DNA of 64,000 nucleotides from Candidatus Helicobacter avicola (GTDB lineage Bacteria; Campylobacterota; Campylobacteria; Campylobacterales; Helicobacteraceae): NCBI GenBank assembly GCA_019112865.1, contig DXIN01000025.1, positions 5,498 to 69,497 of the forward strand, read 5' to 3'. Shown piece by piece: positions 1 to 10,628 of this stretch (position 1 is its first letter; each line of letters starts with the position of its first letter). The notes under the pieces were generated by a model. It saw only the letters and a program-made list of their open reading frames with translations, ran no database searches and was not told where the DNA came from. The position numbers and the translations under genes were made by a program.

Positions 1-1248
<1,248 letters not shown>

Positions 1249-1250
1249 GA

Positions 1251-2351
1251 ATGGGGCTATCTATCGGTATTGTGGGACTTCCAAATGTAGGAAAATCTAC
1301 GACTTTTAACGCACTTACCAAAACCCAAAATGCCCAAGCGGCAAATTATCCATTTTGCACCATAGAGCCTAACAAGGCAGTAGTGAGTGTGCCTGATGCG
1401 CGTTTGGGAGAGTTGGCTAAGATTGTTAATCCACAGAGAATCTTGCACTCCCAAGTGGAGTTTGTGGATATTGCTGGGCTAGTGCGTGGTGCGAGCAAGG
1501 GCGAAGGGCTTGGCAATCAGTTTTTGGCAAACATCAAAGAGGCGGATGTGATTTTACATATCGTGCGGTGTTTTGAGGATAGTGATATTACGCATGTAGA
1601 AAATCGTATTGACCCATTGGGCGATATTGAAATCATTGAGTTAGAGCTGATTTTGGCAGATATTGCGACATTGCAAAAGCGCATCACTAAACTAGAGCGG
1701 GAGAGCAAGGCGCAAAAAGGTGCAAATACGACACTTGAGCTTGCAAGAGCGTTGCTTGCGCATTTAGAATCTGGTAAAAGTGCTAAGAGTTTTGAATCTC
1801 GTGAAAGTCAGGAATTTTTGGGGCTTGATAGGGAATTGCGGTTTTTGAGTAACAAAGAAGTAGTGTATGGGGCGAATGTCGATGAAAATGCATTGGGTGT
1901 GGATAATGAGTTTGTAAAAAAAGTGCGTGCGTATGGGGCAGAGCAGGGAAGTGAGGTTATCAAACTTTGTGCTAAGATAGAGGAAGATATGGTGGGTATG
2001 AGTGATGAAGAGAGAGCAGAGTTTTTGGGTGAGCTGGGAGCGGGTGAGAGCGGACTTGCGCAGATTATCCGTGTGTGCTTTGCAAAGCTTGGGTTGATTA
2101 GCTACTTTACCGCTGGGGTGCAGGAAGTGCGTGCTTGGACTATCAAGAAGGGTGATAAAGCACCACAAGCTGCTGGCGTGATACACAAGGATTTTGAAAA
2201 AGGCTTTATCCGCGCAGAAACGATTAGCTATGAGGATTTTATCAAATATGGTGGCGAACAAAAAGCTAAGGAGGCTGGAGCTATGCGAAGTGAGGGCAAG
2301 GACTATGTCGTGCAAGATGGCGATGTGATGCACTTTAGGTTTAATGTATAA
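1251..2351 (+). CDS. ychF: Ribosome-binding ATPase YchF (Obg-family P-loop NTPase)
   Basis: N-terminus GLSIGIVGLPNVGKST, later DIAGLV; C-terminal TGS-like domain ending VMHFRFNV. ATG at 1251 fits the usual YchF N-terminus better than GTG at 1245. Confidence 0.95.
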   Translation: MGLSIGIVGLPNVGKSTTFNALTKTQNAQAANYPFCTIEPNKAVVSVPDARLGELAKIVNPQRILHSQVEFVDIAGLVRGASKGEGLGNQFLANIKEADVILHIVRCFEDSDITHVENRIDPLGDIEIIELELILADIATLQKRITKLERESKAQKGANTTLELARALLAHLESGKSAKSFESRESQEFLGLDRELRFLSNKEVVYGANVDENALGVDNEFVKKVRAYGAEQGSEVIKLCAKIEEDMVGMSDEERAEFLGELGAGESGLAQIIRVCFAKLGLISYFTAGVQEVRAWTIKKGDKAPQAAGVIHKDFEKGFIRAETISYEDFIKYGGEQKAKEAGAMRSEGKDYVVQDGDVMHFRFNV

Positions 2352-2372
2352 CTTGAAAGCAAGAGCAATAAA

Positions 2373-3563
2373 ATGGTTAGTGTTGGTATTTCAAGATTAA
2401 ATCTATCTTTTAGTTATTTTTGTGCATTTTTGCCATGGGCTGTGCTACCATTTAGTGCACCTTTAGCATTTTATGTTGGTTTGCTTGTATTGTTAGTCTT
2501 ATCTTTCTTTTATCCATCACAATCTGTGCGTGTTATTTTGGCGGTATGTATCATCATAGGTGGTGCTGTGGGATTTGGAGATAGTCAATTTACAAGTGAT
2601 ATGGAAAATTATCACGGCACTTATACGAAGCTTTTTAATGGGGATTTTGAGGCAATTTTTGATTATGGACGTGGTGTAGAAGTTATAATGCCGCTTTTTT
2701 GGGTTGTGCTTAGTTTTTTTGATGGATTTTTGAATTATACAGCATTTGGGGTATTACATGCTCTGTGTGCTGGGATTTTGTTCTATATCTGGCTTGAAAA
2801 GTATGCTCTTGAGGGTTTTGATACTAAGAAAGTAGCAGTATGTGTGTTTTTCTCGCTTTTGATGTTTGATTATTGGATGCCACAATGGCTTTTGCGGCAA
2901 ACATTTTCTTGTATCTTTGTGCTTTATGCGCTAAGCCAAAATACGCGTTTTAAGACATTTGTGTTTTTGTTGATTGCAGTTTTTTGTCATGTGAGTGCAA
3001 TTTTGTTTTTTGCTTTGTGGTATTGGCTAAGAAAATATCCAAAATTTGGTGCAATGTGTATAGTTTTTTTGTGTTTTATGATGTTGGCAAACTTTTTATT
3101 TCCTTGGTTGTATGCTTATGCTTCGATGTTGCCAGAGAGTTTTAGTCATAAACTTGTTTTTTATCAGTATAGTTTGAACAATACTATCAGTGATGGCTTT
3201 TCTGCATCGCTTTATGTGTATATTATAGCCATTGTTTTTTGTGCGTGGTATTTCCGGGATAGCGTGGATCGCAAGTGGTTGTGGATTATCATTTGGTATG
3301 GAATTTTGTGTTTGTGTGCCAATGCAGTGTGGAATCACTTTTTTATACGCGTGAGTATTTTGTATTTTTACATTTCATTAGGGTTTTTTATGTTTGTAAG
3401 TATGCAAAAAAACACTTTCTTGCTCTATATTTGGGGGAGTTTATTATTTATAAATCACATACGAACAGCATATGCTAAGGGAGTGGCAAACCTTAGCAAT
3501 ATCCAATACCACTTTCATAGTTATGGTTTGGGTGGAGAGTGGTTTTATTTTATTCTAAATTAG
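2373..3563 (+). CDS. Polytopic integral membrane protein, EpsG/Wzy-like (possible glycan polymerase); function uncertain
   Basis: 396-aa ORF with more than 10 hydrophobic segments rich in F/W/Y. General resemblance to EpsG/O-antigen polymerase-type proteins; no diagnostic motif verified. Confidence 0.45.
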   Translation: MVSVGISRLNLSFSYFCAFLPWAVLPFSAPLAFYVGLLVLLVLSFFYPSQSVRVILAVCIIIGGAVGFGDSQFTSDMENYHGTYTKLFNGDFEAIFDYGRGVEVIMPLFWVVLSFFDGFLNYTAFGVLHALCAGILFYIWLEKYALEGFDTKKVAVCVFFSLLMFDYWMPQWLLRQTFSCIFVLYALSQNTRFKTFVFLLIAVFCHVSAILFFALWYWLRKYPKFGAMCIVFLCFMMLANFLFPWLYAYASMLPESFSHKLVFYQYSLNNTISDGFSASLYVYIIAIVFCAWYFRDSVDRKWLWIIIWYGILCLCANAVWNHFFIRVSILYFYISLGFFMFVSMQKNTFLLYIWGSLLFINHIRTAYAKGVANLSNIQYHFHSYGLGGEWFYFILN

Positions 3564-3574
3564 TGCTACAATCC

Positions 3575-4663
3575 TTATGGGTTCCCAATCGCTTTTGCGA
3601 TGAGGCTACCCATTTCTTCACAACCTACGGCTTTGAGCAAGGGATCGCTAGGGTTTAGAGTATCTAGTGTGCGGTAGCCTTGGTTAAGAATTTTTTCTAT
3701 CGCATATTCTATGTTTTGTGCCTCATCGTGTAGTCCAAAAGAATGTCTTAGCATCATTGCTGCGCTTAAAATCGTGCCGATAGGATTTGCTTTGTTCTCT
3801 CCGGCGATATCTGGCGCGCTGCCATGGATTGGCTCATACAAGCCTTTGCTTGTGTGTGCAAGTGAAGCAGAGGGGATCGTGCCGATACTGCCCGTGATCA
3901 CACTCGCTTCATCGCTCAAAATATCGCCAAACATATTTTCAGTCAAAATCACATCAAACTGCCACGGCGCGCGGCAGATCTGCATAGCGGCATTATCGAC
4001 ATACATATGGGTAAGATTCACATCAGGATAGTCCTTAGCCACTTTCTCGGTAATCTTGCGCCATAGTCGTGAGCTATCGAGCACATTTGCCTTATCCACA
4101 GAAACCACCTCTTTTTTGCGTCCTCGCGCGATGTCAAACGCCACGCGCGCAATGGATTCTATCTGTGAGGCACTATAACGCATATCATCGCTTGCTACGA
4201 GCTCGCCGCCGATCTCCTGGGTCTTGTGCTCGCCAAAATACACGCCTCCGATAAGCTCACGCACGATGATAAAATCAATGCCTTTTTTGAGAATCTCCTC
4301 TTTGAGCGGGCTTGCGCTTTGGAGTTGAGGGAGGAGCAGGGCAGGGCGGATATTGGCAAACAATCCTAATTCTTTGCGAATCCGTAGTAGTGCCTTTTCG
4401 GGGCGATTGTGGCTTGGCTGATTATCCCATTTAGGACCACCCACCGCGCCCAAAAGCACACTATCGCTCTGCTTACAGATCTCTAGGCTCTCTGCTGGGA
4501 GGCACTCGCCGCACGCATCGATCGCACAGCCTCCTGCTAGCACTTCTTTGTATTCGAAGCTGTGATTATATTTTTGCGCTATCGCATTGAGCACCTTGAG
4601 GGCTTGTGTGATAATTTCTGCGCCGATTCCATCGCCGCGCACTACTGCTATGGTTTTTTGCAT
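3575..4663 (-). CDS. leuB: 3-isopropylmalate dehydrogenase
   Basis: Typical LeuB sequence (AVVRGDGIGAEI, NLFGDILSDEAS-like MFGDILSDEAS, GSAPDIAG). RBS upstream. Part of a leuABCD cluster. Confidence 0.95.
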   Translation of the reverse strand: MQKTIAVVRGDGIGAEIITQALKVLNAIAQKYNHSFEYKEVLAGGCAIDACGECLPAESLEICKQSDSVLLGAVGGPKWDNQPSHNRPEKALLRIRKELGLFANIRPALLLPQLQSASPLKEEILKKGIDFIIVRELIGGVYFGEHKTQEIGGELVASDDMRYSASQIESIARVAFDIARGRKKEVVSVDKANVLDSSRLWRKITEKVAKDYPDVNLTHMYVDNAAMQICRAPWQFDVILTENMFGDILSDEASVITGSIGTIPSASLAHTSKGLYEPIHGSAPDIAGENKANPIGTILSAAMMLRHSFGLHDEAQNIEYAIEKILNQGYRTLDTLNPSDPLLKAVGCEEMGSLIAKAIGNP

Positions 4664-4686
4664 ATTTTATCCTTGTATTTTAGATT

Positions 4687-5181
4687 CTATGCTTGCTTTC
4701 GCTTAGCAATCCAGTTGAGGTAGCCATTGGCATTGATGATTTCTTGGATAAATGGCGGGAATGGTGTGGTTTTGAATCTCGCATTTGTGGTGAGGTTGGT
4801 GATCTCGCCTTTATCAAAATCAATCGCTACTTCCTCGCCCTGCGCGATAGAATCTGCTATCTGGGGAGATTCTATAATTGCTAGTCCGATATTGATAGCA
4901 TTGCGATAAAAGATACGCGCAAAGCTCTTGGCGATGATACACGATATGCCACTTGCCTTAATCGCGATAGGTGCGTGCTCACGGCTTGAACCACAGCCAA
5001 AATTCCACCCACCCACCATAATATCGCCTTCTTTGACTTTATGCACGAAATCTTTGTCTATATCTTCCATACAATGCGCGGCAAGCTCCTTGTGATCAGC
5101 GGTATTGAGGTAGCGCGCGGGGATAATCACATCGGTATCGACATTATCGCCGTATTTATGGACAAAACCTTGAGCTTTCAT
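4687..5181 (-). CDS. leuD: 3-isopropylmalate dehydratase small subunit
   Basis: Short archaeal-type LeuD (164 aa) with the [13 protein letters not shown] motif. Adjacent to leuC. Confidence 0.95.
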   Translation of the reverse strand: MKAQGFVHKYGDNVDTDVIIPARYLNTADHKELAAHCMEDIDKDFVHKVKEGDIMVGGWNFGCGSSREHAPIAIKASGISCIIAKSFARIFYRNAINIGLAIIESPQIADSIAQGEEVAIDFDKGEITNLTTNARFKTTPFPPFIQEIINANGYLNWIAKRKQA

Positions 5182-5222
5182 AATCTCTCCTTTAGTGTAA
5201 ATCTTTATACTATCTTAGAATC

Positions 5223-6485
5223 TCATAGCACAGATTCTGGCGCACTAAGCATACCTGTAATCGCACTTGCTGCTGCCACTTCAGGCGAAGCGAGATACAC
5301 CTCGCTGCTCACATGCCCCATACGCCCCACGAAATTGCGGTTTGTCGTGGCGACGCATTTCTCATTTGCTGCTAAAATCCCCATATGTCCGCCCAGACAT
5401 GGACCACAAGTAGGTGTGGAAACGACACAGCCAGCTTTGATAAAAGTCTCCAAATAGCCTCTTGCAATGCACTCTAGGTAGATATTTTGAGTCGCGGGTA
5501 TAACGATACAGCGCGTGTTTTTAGCAATTTTTTTGTCTTTTAGAATCTGTGCGGCGATCGCCATATCGCTAAGGCGTCCATTGGTGCAAGAGCCGATGAC
5601 GACTTGATCGATCTTGACTTCGCCCCATTTATCGCGCTCTTTGGTGTTTTCTGGCAGATGAGGGAATGCCACGGTGTGATCAATCGCGCTTAAATCAATA
5701 TCAAAGACCTGCTCATAATGCGCATCTTTATCCGGTGCATAGATTTGAAACTGCTTGCTTGTGCGTGCTTTGGCGTATTCTATGGTGATGTCATCGACTT
5801 CAAAGATTCCGTTTTTTGCCCCCGCTTCAATCGCCATATTAGCGATACAGAGCCTATCGTCAATCGTAAGATTCTTAAGCCCCTCGCCACCAAACTCCAT
5901 ACTCTTATACAGCGCACCATCAACGCCGATTTTGCCGATGATATGTAAGATGACATCTTTGCCGCTCACATATGGGCGCAGTTTGCCTTTGAGATTAAAG
6001 CGCATTGCGTGAGGGACTTTAAACCACGCTTCGCCTATCGCCATACCAACCGCCATATCCGTAGAGCCTACACCGGTAGAAAACGCCCCCAACGCCCCAT
6101 AAGTGCAAGTGTGTGAATCTGCACCGATGATGAGATCACCAATAGTTACGATGCCTTGTTCGGGCAAAAGCGCGTGTTCTACGCCCATATTGCCCACATC
6201 GTAGTAGTGTGAGATATCAAAGTCTTTGGCAAAACATCGACACTGCTGGCTTTGGGTAGCGGCTTTGATGTCTTTATTGGGCGCGAAGTGATCCATTACT
6301 AGCGAGATTTTATCTTTGTCAAAGACTTCGGTGAATTTGGCTTGTTTGAAGGCATTGATTGCCACAGGTGTGGTAATGTCGTTGCCTAGCACCATATCAA
6401 GCTTTGCCATTATTAAATCGCCGGGTTTGACAGATTCTAGACCTGCCTTGTGGGCGAGGATTTTTTGGGACATTGTCATACTCAT
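5223..6485 (-). CDS. leuC: 3-isopropylmalate dehydratase large subunit
   Basis: Aconitase-family motifs ([31 protein letters not shown]). RBS AAGGAG upstream of the ATG at 6485. Confidence 0.95.
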   Translation of the reverse strand: MSMTMSQKILAHKAGLESVKPGDLIMAKLDMVLGNDITTPVAINAFKQAKFTEVFDKDKISLVMDHFAPNKDIKAATQSQQCRCFAKDFDISHYYDVGNMGVEHALLPEQGIVTIGDLIIGADSHTCTYGALGAFSTGVGSTDMAVGMAIGEAWFKVPHAMRFNLKGKLRPYVSGKDVILHIIGKIGVDGALYKSMEFGGEGLKNLTIDDRLCIANMAIEAGAKNGIFEVDDITIEYAKARTSKQFQIYAPDKDAHYEQVFDIDLSAIDHTVAFPHLPENTKERDKWGEVKIDQVVIGSCTNGRLSDMAIAAQILKDKKIAKNTRCIVIPATQNIYLECIARGYLETFIKAGCVVSTPTCGPCLGGHMGILAANEKCVATTNRNFVGRMGHVSSEVYLASPEVAAASAITGMLSAPESVL

Positions 6486-6510
6486 ATTTACTCCTTTTTA
6501 TGTTGTGAAT

Positions 6511-8166
6511 CTAACGCAAGGCACGATTAATCGCACTTATTAAACCATAAATACTCGCGGCGATAATATCGGTATCAATCCCTACGCCAAAATATTTACC
6601 CTTTGTGTTTTGAATCTGCACATACGAAATCGCTTGAGAGGCGGAACCCTCTTTGAGTGCGTGCTCACTATAGTCTATAATGTCAAAATCTAAGCTAAGA
6701 TTCTCACGCAGTGCGTTTGCCACTGCGTCTAACCGCCCATTGCCACTACCACCTATCTCATAGTCTTTGTCCTCAAATTTTACTTTGAGATTCACACTTA
6801 GCACATCATTAGTGCGGGCAAAATGGTAGTCCTTGAGGGCTAGGGGGGTTTTTAGATTCACAAAGTCGTTTTGAAAAATATCACAAATATCTTGTGGCGA
6901 AAGCTCCTTGTGTGCTTTGTCGGAAATGTCTTTAACATAGTAAGAAAAATCCTCTCTAAAAAGCGCGGGTAAATCAATGCCAAATTGGCTATATAGCACA
7001 TACGCGATCCCACCCTTGCCACTTTGGGAGTTTATGCGGATTACATCACTTTCATACACGCGTCCGATGTCTTGAGGATCGATAGGGAGATATGGCACGC
7101 TCCAAGTGCTTAGATTGTGTTCTTTGTGGTATGCCATACCCTTGGCAATAGCGTCTTGGTGGCTACCTGAAAACGCTGCAAACACGAGTTTGCCAGAGTA
7201 TGGTTGTCGTTCATACACATGCATTTTGGTAACCTTCTCATACAGATCGCAAATCGCAGGGATATTGCTAAAATCAAGCTTAGAATCCACCCCATGTGAA
7301 TACATATTCATCGCAAGTGTGATAATATCGACATTGCCGGTGCGCTCGCCATTGCCAAAGAGCGTGCCCTCAATCCTATCTGCCCCAGCGAGTAGTCCTA
7401 GCTCCGCATCAGCGATCCCACAACCTCTGTCATTATGTGGGTGGAGCGAGATAAGCACGCTTTGGCGATTGTTAAGATTTTTGGAGATGTATTCCACTTG
7501 GCTTGCATAGATATGTGGCAAACTCATCTCAACGGTTACGGGGAGATTAAGTATTAGCTTATTTGCTGGTGTGGGGTTAAAGACTTCTATCACAGCATTA
7601 CACACTTCAAGCGCGTAATCCACCTCCGTGCCACTAAAGCTCTCTGGTGAATACTCAAAGCGGAAATTCCCCTCTGTTTGTGCTGCCATTTGCTTGAGGT
7701 AGTTTGCGCCATCGATGGCGATTTGTTTGACTTGCTCTTTGGATTTTTTAAACACCTGCTGACGTTGGGCAAAGGAAGTCGAGTTATACACATGCACGAT
7801 GGCGTTTTTGCAGCCTCTAAGACTTTCAAAGGTTTTTTTGATGATATGCTCACGAGCCTGGGTCAGCACTTGGATACAGACATCATCAGGGATCAACTCT
7901 TCCTCGATGAGCGTGCGCAAAAACTCGTATTCCGTCTGGCTTGCAGCAGGGAAGCCCACCTCAATTTCTTTAAAGCCGATTTTGACAAGCAGCTTAAAAA
8001 ACTCGATTTTCTCCTCAAGACTCATAGGCGTGATGAGTGCTTGATTGCCATCGCGTAAATCCACGCTACACCAAATTGGGGCTTTTTCTATGTATTCTTT
8101 ACTTGCCCATTCCAAACACTGCGTAGGAGGCATAAAGTAACCTCGCTGGTATTTTTGGTGATTCAT
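6511..8166 (-). CDS. leuA: 2-isopropylmalate synthase (long form)
   Basis: HMGL-like domain (DLRDGNQA, HPHNDRG) plus a C-terminal LeuA dimerisation/regulatory domain. ATG at 8166 has an AGGAG RBS 5 nt upstream; the track start at 8190 is a GTG without an RBS. Confidence 0.93.
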   Translation of the reverse strand: MNHQKYQRGYFMPPTQCLEWASKEYIEKAPIWCSVDLRDGNQALITPMSLEEKIEFFKLLVKIGFKEIEVGFPAASQTEYEFLRTLIEEELIPDDVCIQVLTQAREHIIKKTFESLRGCKNAIVHVYNSTSFAQRQQVFKKSKEQVKQIAIDGANYLKQMAAQTEGNFRFEYSPESFSGTEVDYALEVCNAVIEVFNPTPANKLILNLPVTVEMSLPHIYASQVEYISKNLNNRQSVLISLHPHNDRGCGIADAELGLLAGADRIEGTLFGNGERTGNVDIITLAMNMYSHGVDSKLDFSNIPAICDLYEKVTKMHVYERQPYSGKLVFAAFSGSHQDAIAKGMAYHKEHNLSTWSVPYLPIDPQDIGRVYESDVIRINSQSGKGGIAYVLYSQFGIDLPALFREDFSYYVKDISDKAHKELSPQDICDIFQNDFVNLKTPLALKDYHFARTNDVLSVNLKVKFEDKDYEIGGSGNGRLDAVANALRENLSLDFDIIDYSEHALKEGSASQAISYVQIQNTKGKYFGVGIDTDIIAASIYGLISAINRALR

Positions 8167-8305
8167 ATAAGCTCCTAAAATATTTCTCACTTCACTAAAT
8201 TCATAGCGGACAAAGTGTAAGATTTCGATACCCCTGTATTATAGCACTAAAAATTAATAGGGTGATTATGGATTTTAAGTTTATTCTAGGTTTGTATGCA
8301 TTACA

Positions 8306-8596
8306 ATGCGGAGTTTGTTTTGCCTAGGCATAAATCTCAAGCGCAAGGGGCGTATCGTGGTGTGGAGAATTTTGGTATTGCTGTCTTTGGCGTATGTTCC
8401 TGCGTTTGCGTATTTGGATCCGGGCAGTGGTTCGCTTTTGCTCTCATCAGTGGTTGCGGTGTTTGCCTCTGTCATATTTTTTCTCAAAAATTTATTTTAC
8501 AAACTCACTTCGCCAAGTGCTTTTCTAAGCGGTGGTTTTAGCTCTCGGGGGGGGGGGAAATTATACCCTAAAAGATCATCTTGTTTTTTACTCTGA
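8306..8596 (+). CDS. N-terminal membrane-anchor fragment of the TagF-like transferase, separated from the catalytic part by a frameshift in a poly-G tract
   Basis: Encodes a TM/anchor segment (ILVLLSLAYVPAFAYLDPGSGSLLLSSVVAVFASVIFF) and runs into the G11 tract. Removing one G fuses it in frame to 8532..10124. Alternative start GTG at 8357, preceded by AAGGGG. Confidence 0.55.
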   Translation: MRSLFCLGINLKRKGRIVVWRILVLLSLAYVPAFAYLDPGSGSLLLSSVVAVFASVIFFLKNLFYKLTSPSAFLSGGFSSRGGGKLYPKRSSCFLL

Positions 8597-10124
8597 AGGT
8601 AAGCAATACTATCATACTTTCAAACCCATTTTAGATGCGCTAGATTCGCTCAAACACCCTTACACCTATCTCACTTCTGGACAAGATGATCCCGCGTTTT
8701 TGCGTGAGGGTGCGCGGTCTTTTGGCACATTTACATACATTGGCGAGGGTAATAAAGCCTATATCAAGCTCAACACGCTCAAAGCTGATATTTGTGTGCT
8801 GACCACACCGGGTTTAGATGTCCTGCAGATTAAGCGCAGTCGTGGAGTGCGCCACTACTGCCACATCGTGCATTCGCTCACACCGATGACTTATCGAGCA
8901 TTTGGACTGGATTATTTTGATTCGGTGTTGGTGGCAAATGAGATTCAGAGGGATTTTGTGCGTGAAGTAGAAATGGCGCACAATGTGAAGAGAAAGTATA
9001 TAGGGGTGGTGGGATCGACCTATCTTGATGAACTTTCTCAATTAAGGCATTCAGTCTTGAGCGATAAAAGCGGGAATCTGCACTCGGATTTTCGGTCACT
9101 TACGCCTAGTAAGCTCCCTCAATCCTCGCTTGATAACCCACTTTTCTCATCTCAATCCTTAGAATGCCAAGAGGGCAAGCCAAGCGCAGAATCTAAAGAA
9201 AATCTAAAAACTCAAGTGGATTCAGAATCTAGCCTCACAGAATCTATAGATTCACAAAAGCCTGAGCTTGCACACAAAGAGCAGCACGAACTTCTAGTCG
9301 CCACACACAGCAATTCTAAGATTTTCGATGAAAAATGTGGGTTGCAAGGAAAACACGAGGGGAGTTACCTTAGCGGTAATGACCCAAAGTGTTTTTCGCC
9401 GCTCCCGCATTTGTCGCGAAAACGAAGTTTCTTTAGAAAAGCCGAATTGCCAAAAGACAATGCACCACAATCTACACCAACAATTCTCATCTCTCCTTCG
9501 TGGGGACCTGAAACCCTCCTCACCAAATACGGACTAACCCTCCTAGAACCACTCGCTCAAGCGGGCTTTAGTCTCATTATCCGCCCACACCCCCAAAGCC
9601 TCATCGGCGAAGCAGAATCCAAAAACATCGCCCACCTGCAAGAATCTTTACAAAAATATAAAAATGTCGTATGGGACATCGGCACGCCCAATGTCTATGC
9701 CTTTGCCAAAGCTGATATGATGATTTCGGATTTTAGCTCGGTGATTTTTGACTTTGTCTGTCTTGAGGCTAAGCCCGTGCTTACATTAGATTTTGCCTTC
9801 GATCCTGCTGGTTATGATTTGAGCGACATTGATATGGAGCATTTTTATACTTTTGAGACGCTAAAGCGTATAGGTGGGAAGCTAAGAGAGCAGGATTTTG
9901 CCCACATTGCTAGCATTATCACACAGATTTTAGAATCTAACAAATCCCAAGAAGCCAAAAAATGCAAAGAAGAGCTGTGGCGATACCCACATCACGCTGG
10001 ACTTAAAGCTGCACAAGAGATTCTAAAAATTGAGCGTGAGCTACTAGAGCATAGTCTCAAAGCCTATATGCCACAAGTGCGTAGGATTCGCGAGATAGAT
10101 TCTATGCTAGAGAGGGGTGTGTGA
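8532..10124 (+). CDS. CDP-alcohol (TagB/TagF-type) glycerophosphotransferase-like enzyme; candidate phosphonate/phospho-alcohol transferase. Out of frame with its N-terminal anchor in this sequence
   Basis: Two-lobed Glyphos_transf-like pattern: the N-lobe ends in GSTYLDEL, and the C-lobe has ILISPSWG, IRPHPQS and MMISDFSSVIFDF. The lobes are interrupted by a repeat element of about 400 bp. Confidence 0.72.
   Translation: MVLALGGGGNYTLKDHLVFYSEGKQYYHTFKPILDALDSLKHPYTYLTSGQDDPAFLREGARSFGTFTYIGEGNKAYIKLNTLKADICVLTTPGLDVLQIKRSRGVRHYCHIVHSLTPMTYRAFGLDYFDSVLVANEIQRDFVREVEMAHNVKRKYIGVVGSTYLDELSQLRHSVLSDKSGNLHSDFRSLTPSKLPQSSLDNPLFSSQSLECQEGKPSAESKENLKTQVDSESSLTESIDSQKPELAHKEQHELLVATHSNSKIFDEKCGLQGKHEGSYLSGNDPKCFSPLPHLSRKRSFFRKAELPKDNAPQSTPTILISPSWGPETLLTKYGLTLLEPLAQAGFSLIIRPHPQSLIGEAESKNIAHLQESLQKYKNVVWDIGTPNVYAFAKADMMISDFSSVIFDFVCLEAKPVLTLDFAFDPAGYDLSDIDMEHFYTFETLKRIGGKLREQDFAHIASIITQILESNKSQEAKKCKEELWRYPHHAGLKAAQEILKIERELLEHSLKAYMPQVRRIREIDSMLERGV
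8547..8557. repeat. Homopolymeric G11 tract (candidate phase-variation switch) inside the TagF-like transferase gene
   Basis: Eleven consecutive G read directly from the sequence. The two overlapping ORFs on either side are in different frames. Confidence 0.95.
9044..9451. repeat. Palindromic MITE-like element, copy 1 (full: left arm, GAATCT-rich centre, right arm), in frame inside the TagF-like CDS
   Basis: The left arm starts AAGGCATTCAG. Arm segment 9094-9120 (GGTCACTTACGCCTAGTAAGCTCCCTC) is the approximate reverse complement of 9357-9384. The same left arm occurs at 11273, 16123 and 53892. Confidence 0.7.
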
Positions 10125-10624
10125 TGAGTCTAATAAATTTGGCTTTTACACCAGAAAATGGCTCCTTGGGTAATCATTGCACAGATTTGGCAGATTTGGG
10201 GGCAGTCATTACCGCTAAGGTAACTCCTACCCCCGCACCTACCAAAAACTTCACAAGCACCACCACAATGACTAATTTTTTTGTGGGCGATAGCGTGCAA
10301 AGTGAATCCATACCAAGCCAAGCGCAAGATTCAGAGACAAATTCAGAATCTATCAAAGGTTTAAAATCCAGATTTGCAAACTTAGATTCTAATGTAGATA
10401 TAAAATCTAAAGTATTTGCAGAATCCGCCACCTTGCAGAATCTAGATTCACAAAAATCCGAGCTTGCACACAAAGAGCCACACGAAATTCTAGCATCTTG
10501 TGATGATTTTGTGGGTTATCAAGTGAGGGGTGCAGGGAGCTACCTAAGCGGTAGTGACCAAGCACCGAGCGCAGATTCCCGCAAAATCGCGCAAGAGGCG
10601 AATTTATCAGAGATGCAAGGATAA
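10121..10624 (+). CDS. Hypothetical ORF made almost entirely of repeat-element sequence; may not be a genuine gene
   Basis: 167-aa ORF overlapping the upstream stop (GTGATGA). Its sequence is low-complexity S/T/D/E-rich. Its C-terminal 48 aa are nearly identical to residues encoded at 11653-11795 in the next gene. Confidence 0.25.
   Translation: MMSLINLAFTPENGSLGNHCTDLADLGAVITAKVTPTPAPTKNFTSTTTMTNFFVGDSVQSESIPSQAQDSETNSESIKGLKSRFANLDSNVDIKSKVFAESATLQNLDSQKSELAHKEPHEILASCDDFVGYQVRGAGSYLSGSDQAPSADSRKIAQEANLSEMQG
10160..10612. repeat. Palindromic MITE-like element, copy 2 (full), between the TagF-like gene and the YidC-like/LtaS-like gene
   Basis: 10205-10227 (GTCATTACCGCTAAGGTAACTCC) is the reverse complement of 10536-10558 (GGAGCTACCTAAGCGGTAGTGAC). 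The centre is rich in AGAATCT/AGATTCT. Confidence 0.65.
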
Positions 10625-10628
10625 CTAA

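Noticed and set aside
1764..2333. Long antisense ORFs inside well-supported genes: 1764-2333 in ychF, 11075-11662 in the YidC-like gene, 20759-21310 in the PPIase gene, 32761-33213 in rpsA, 33977-34420 in serA, 40207-40647 in nrdB, and 49958-50434 and 50952-51392 in oorAB.
   Set aside because: Each lies opposite a gene with strong family motifs and has a biased, low-information composition and no RBS. These are typical shadow ORFs.
8167..8305. A leu leader peptide/attenuator, or a T-box-like element, upstream of leuA.
   Set aside because: I could not find a Leu-codon-rich mini-ORF, nor a terminator/antiterminator pair. The region looks like a plain AT-rich divergent promoter spacer.
10121..10624. 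A 167-aa ORF that could be annotated as a hypothetical protein gene within the phosphonate block.
   Set aside because: Its sequence is almost entirely one copy of the palindromic repeat element: inverted arms at 10205-10227 and 10536-10558, with a motif-rich centre. It has no domain-like features. It is kept only as a low-confidence CDS, because such elements are open in several frames by construction.
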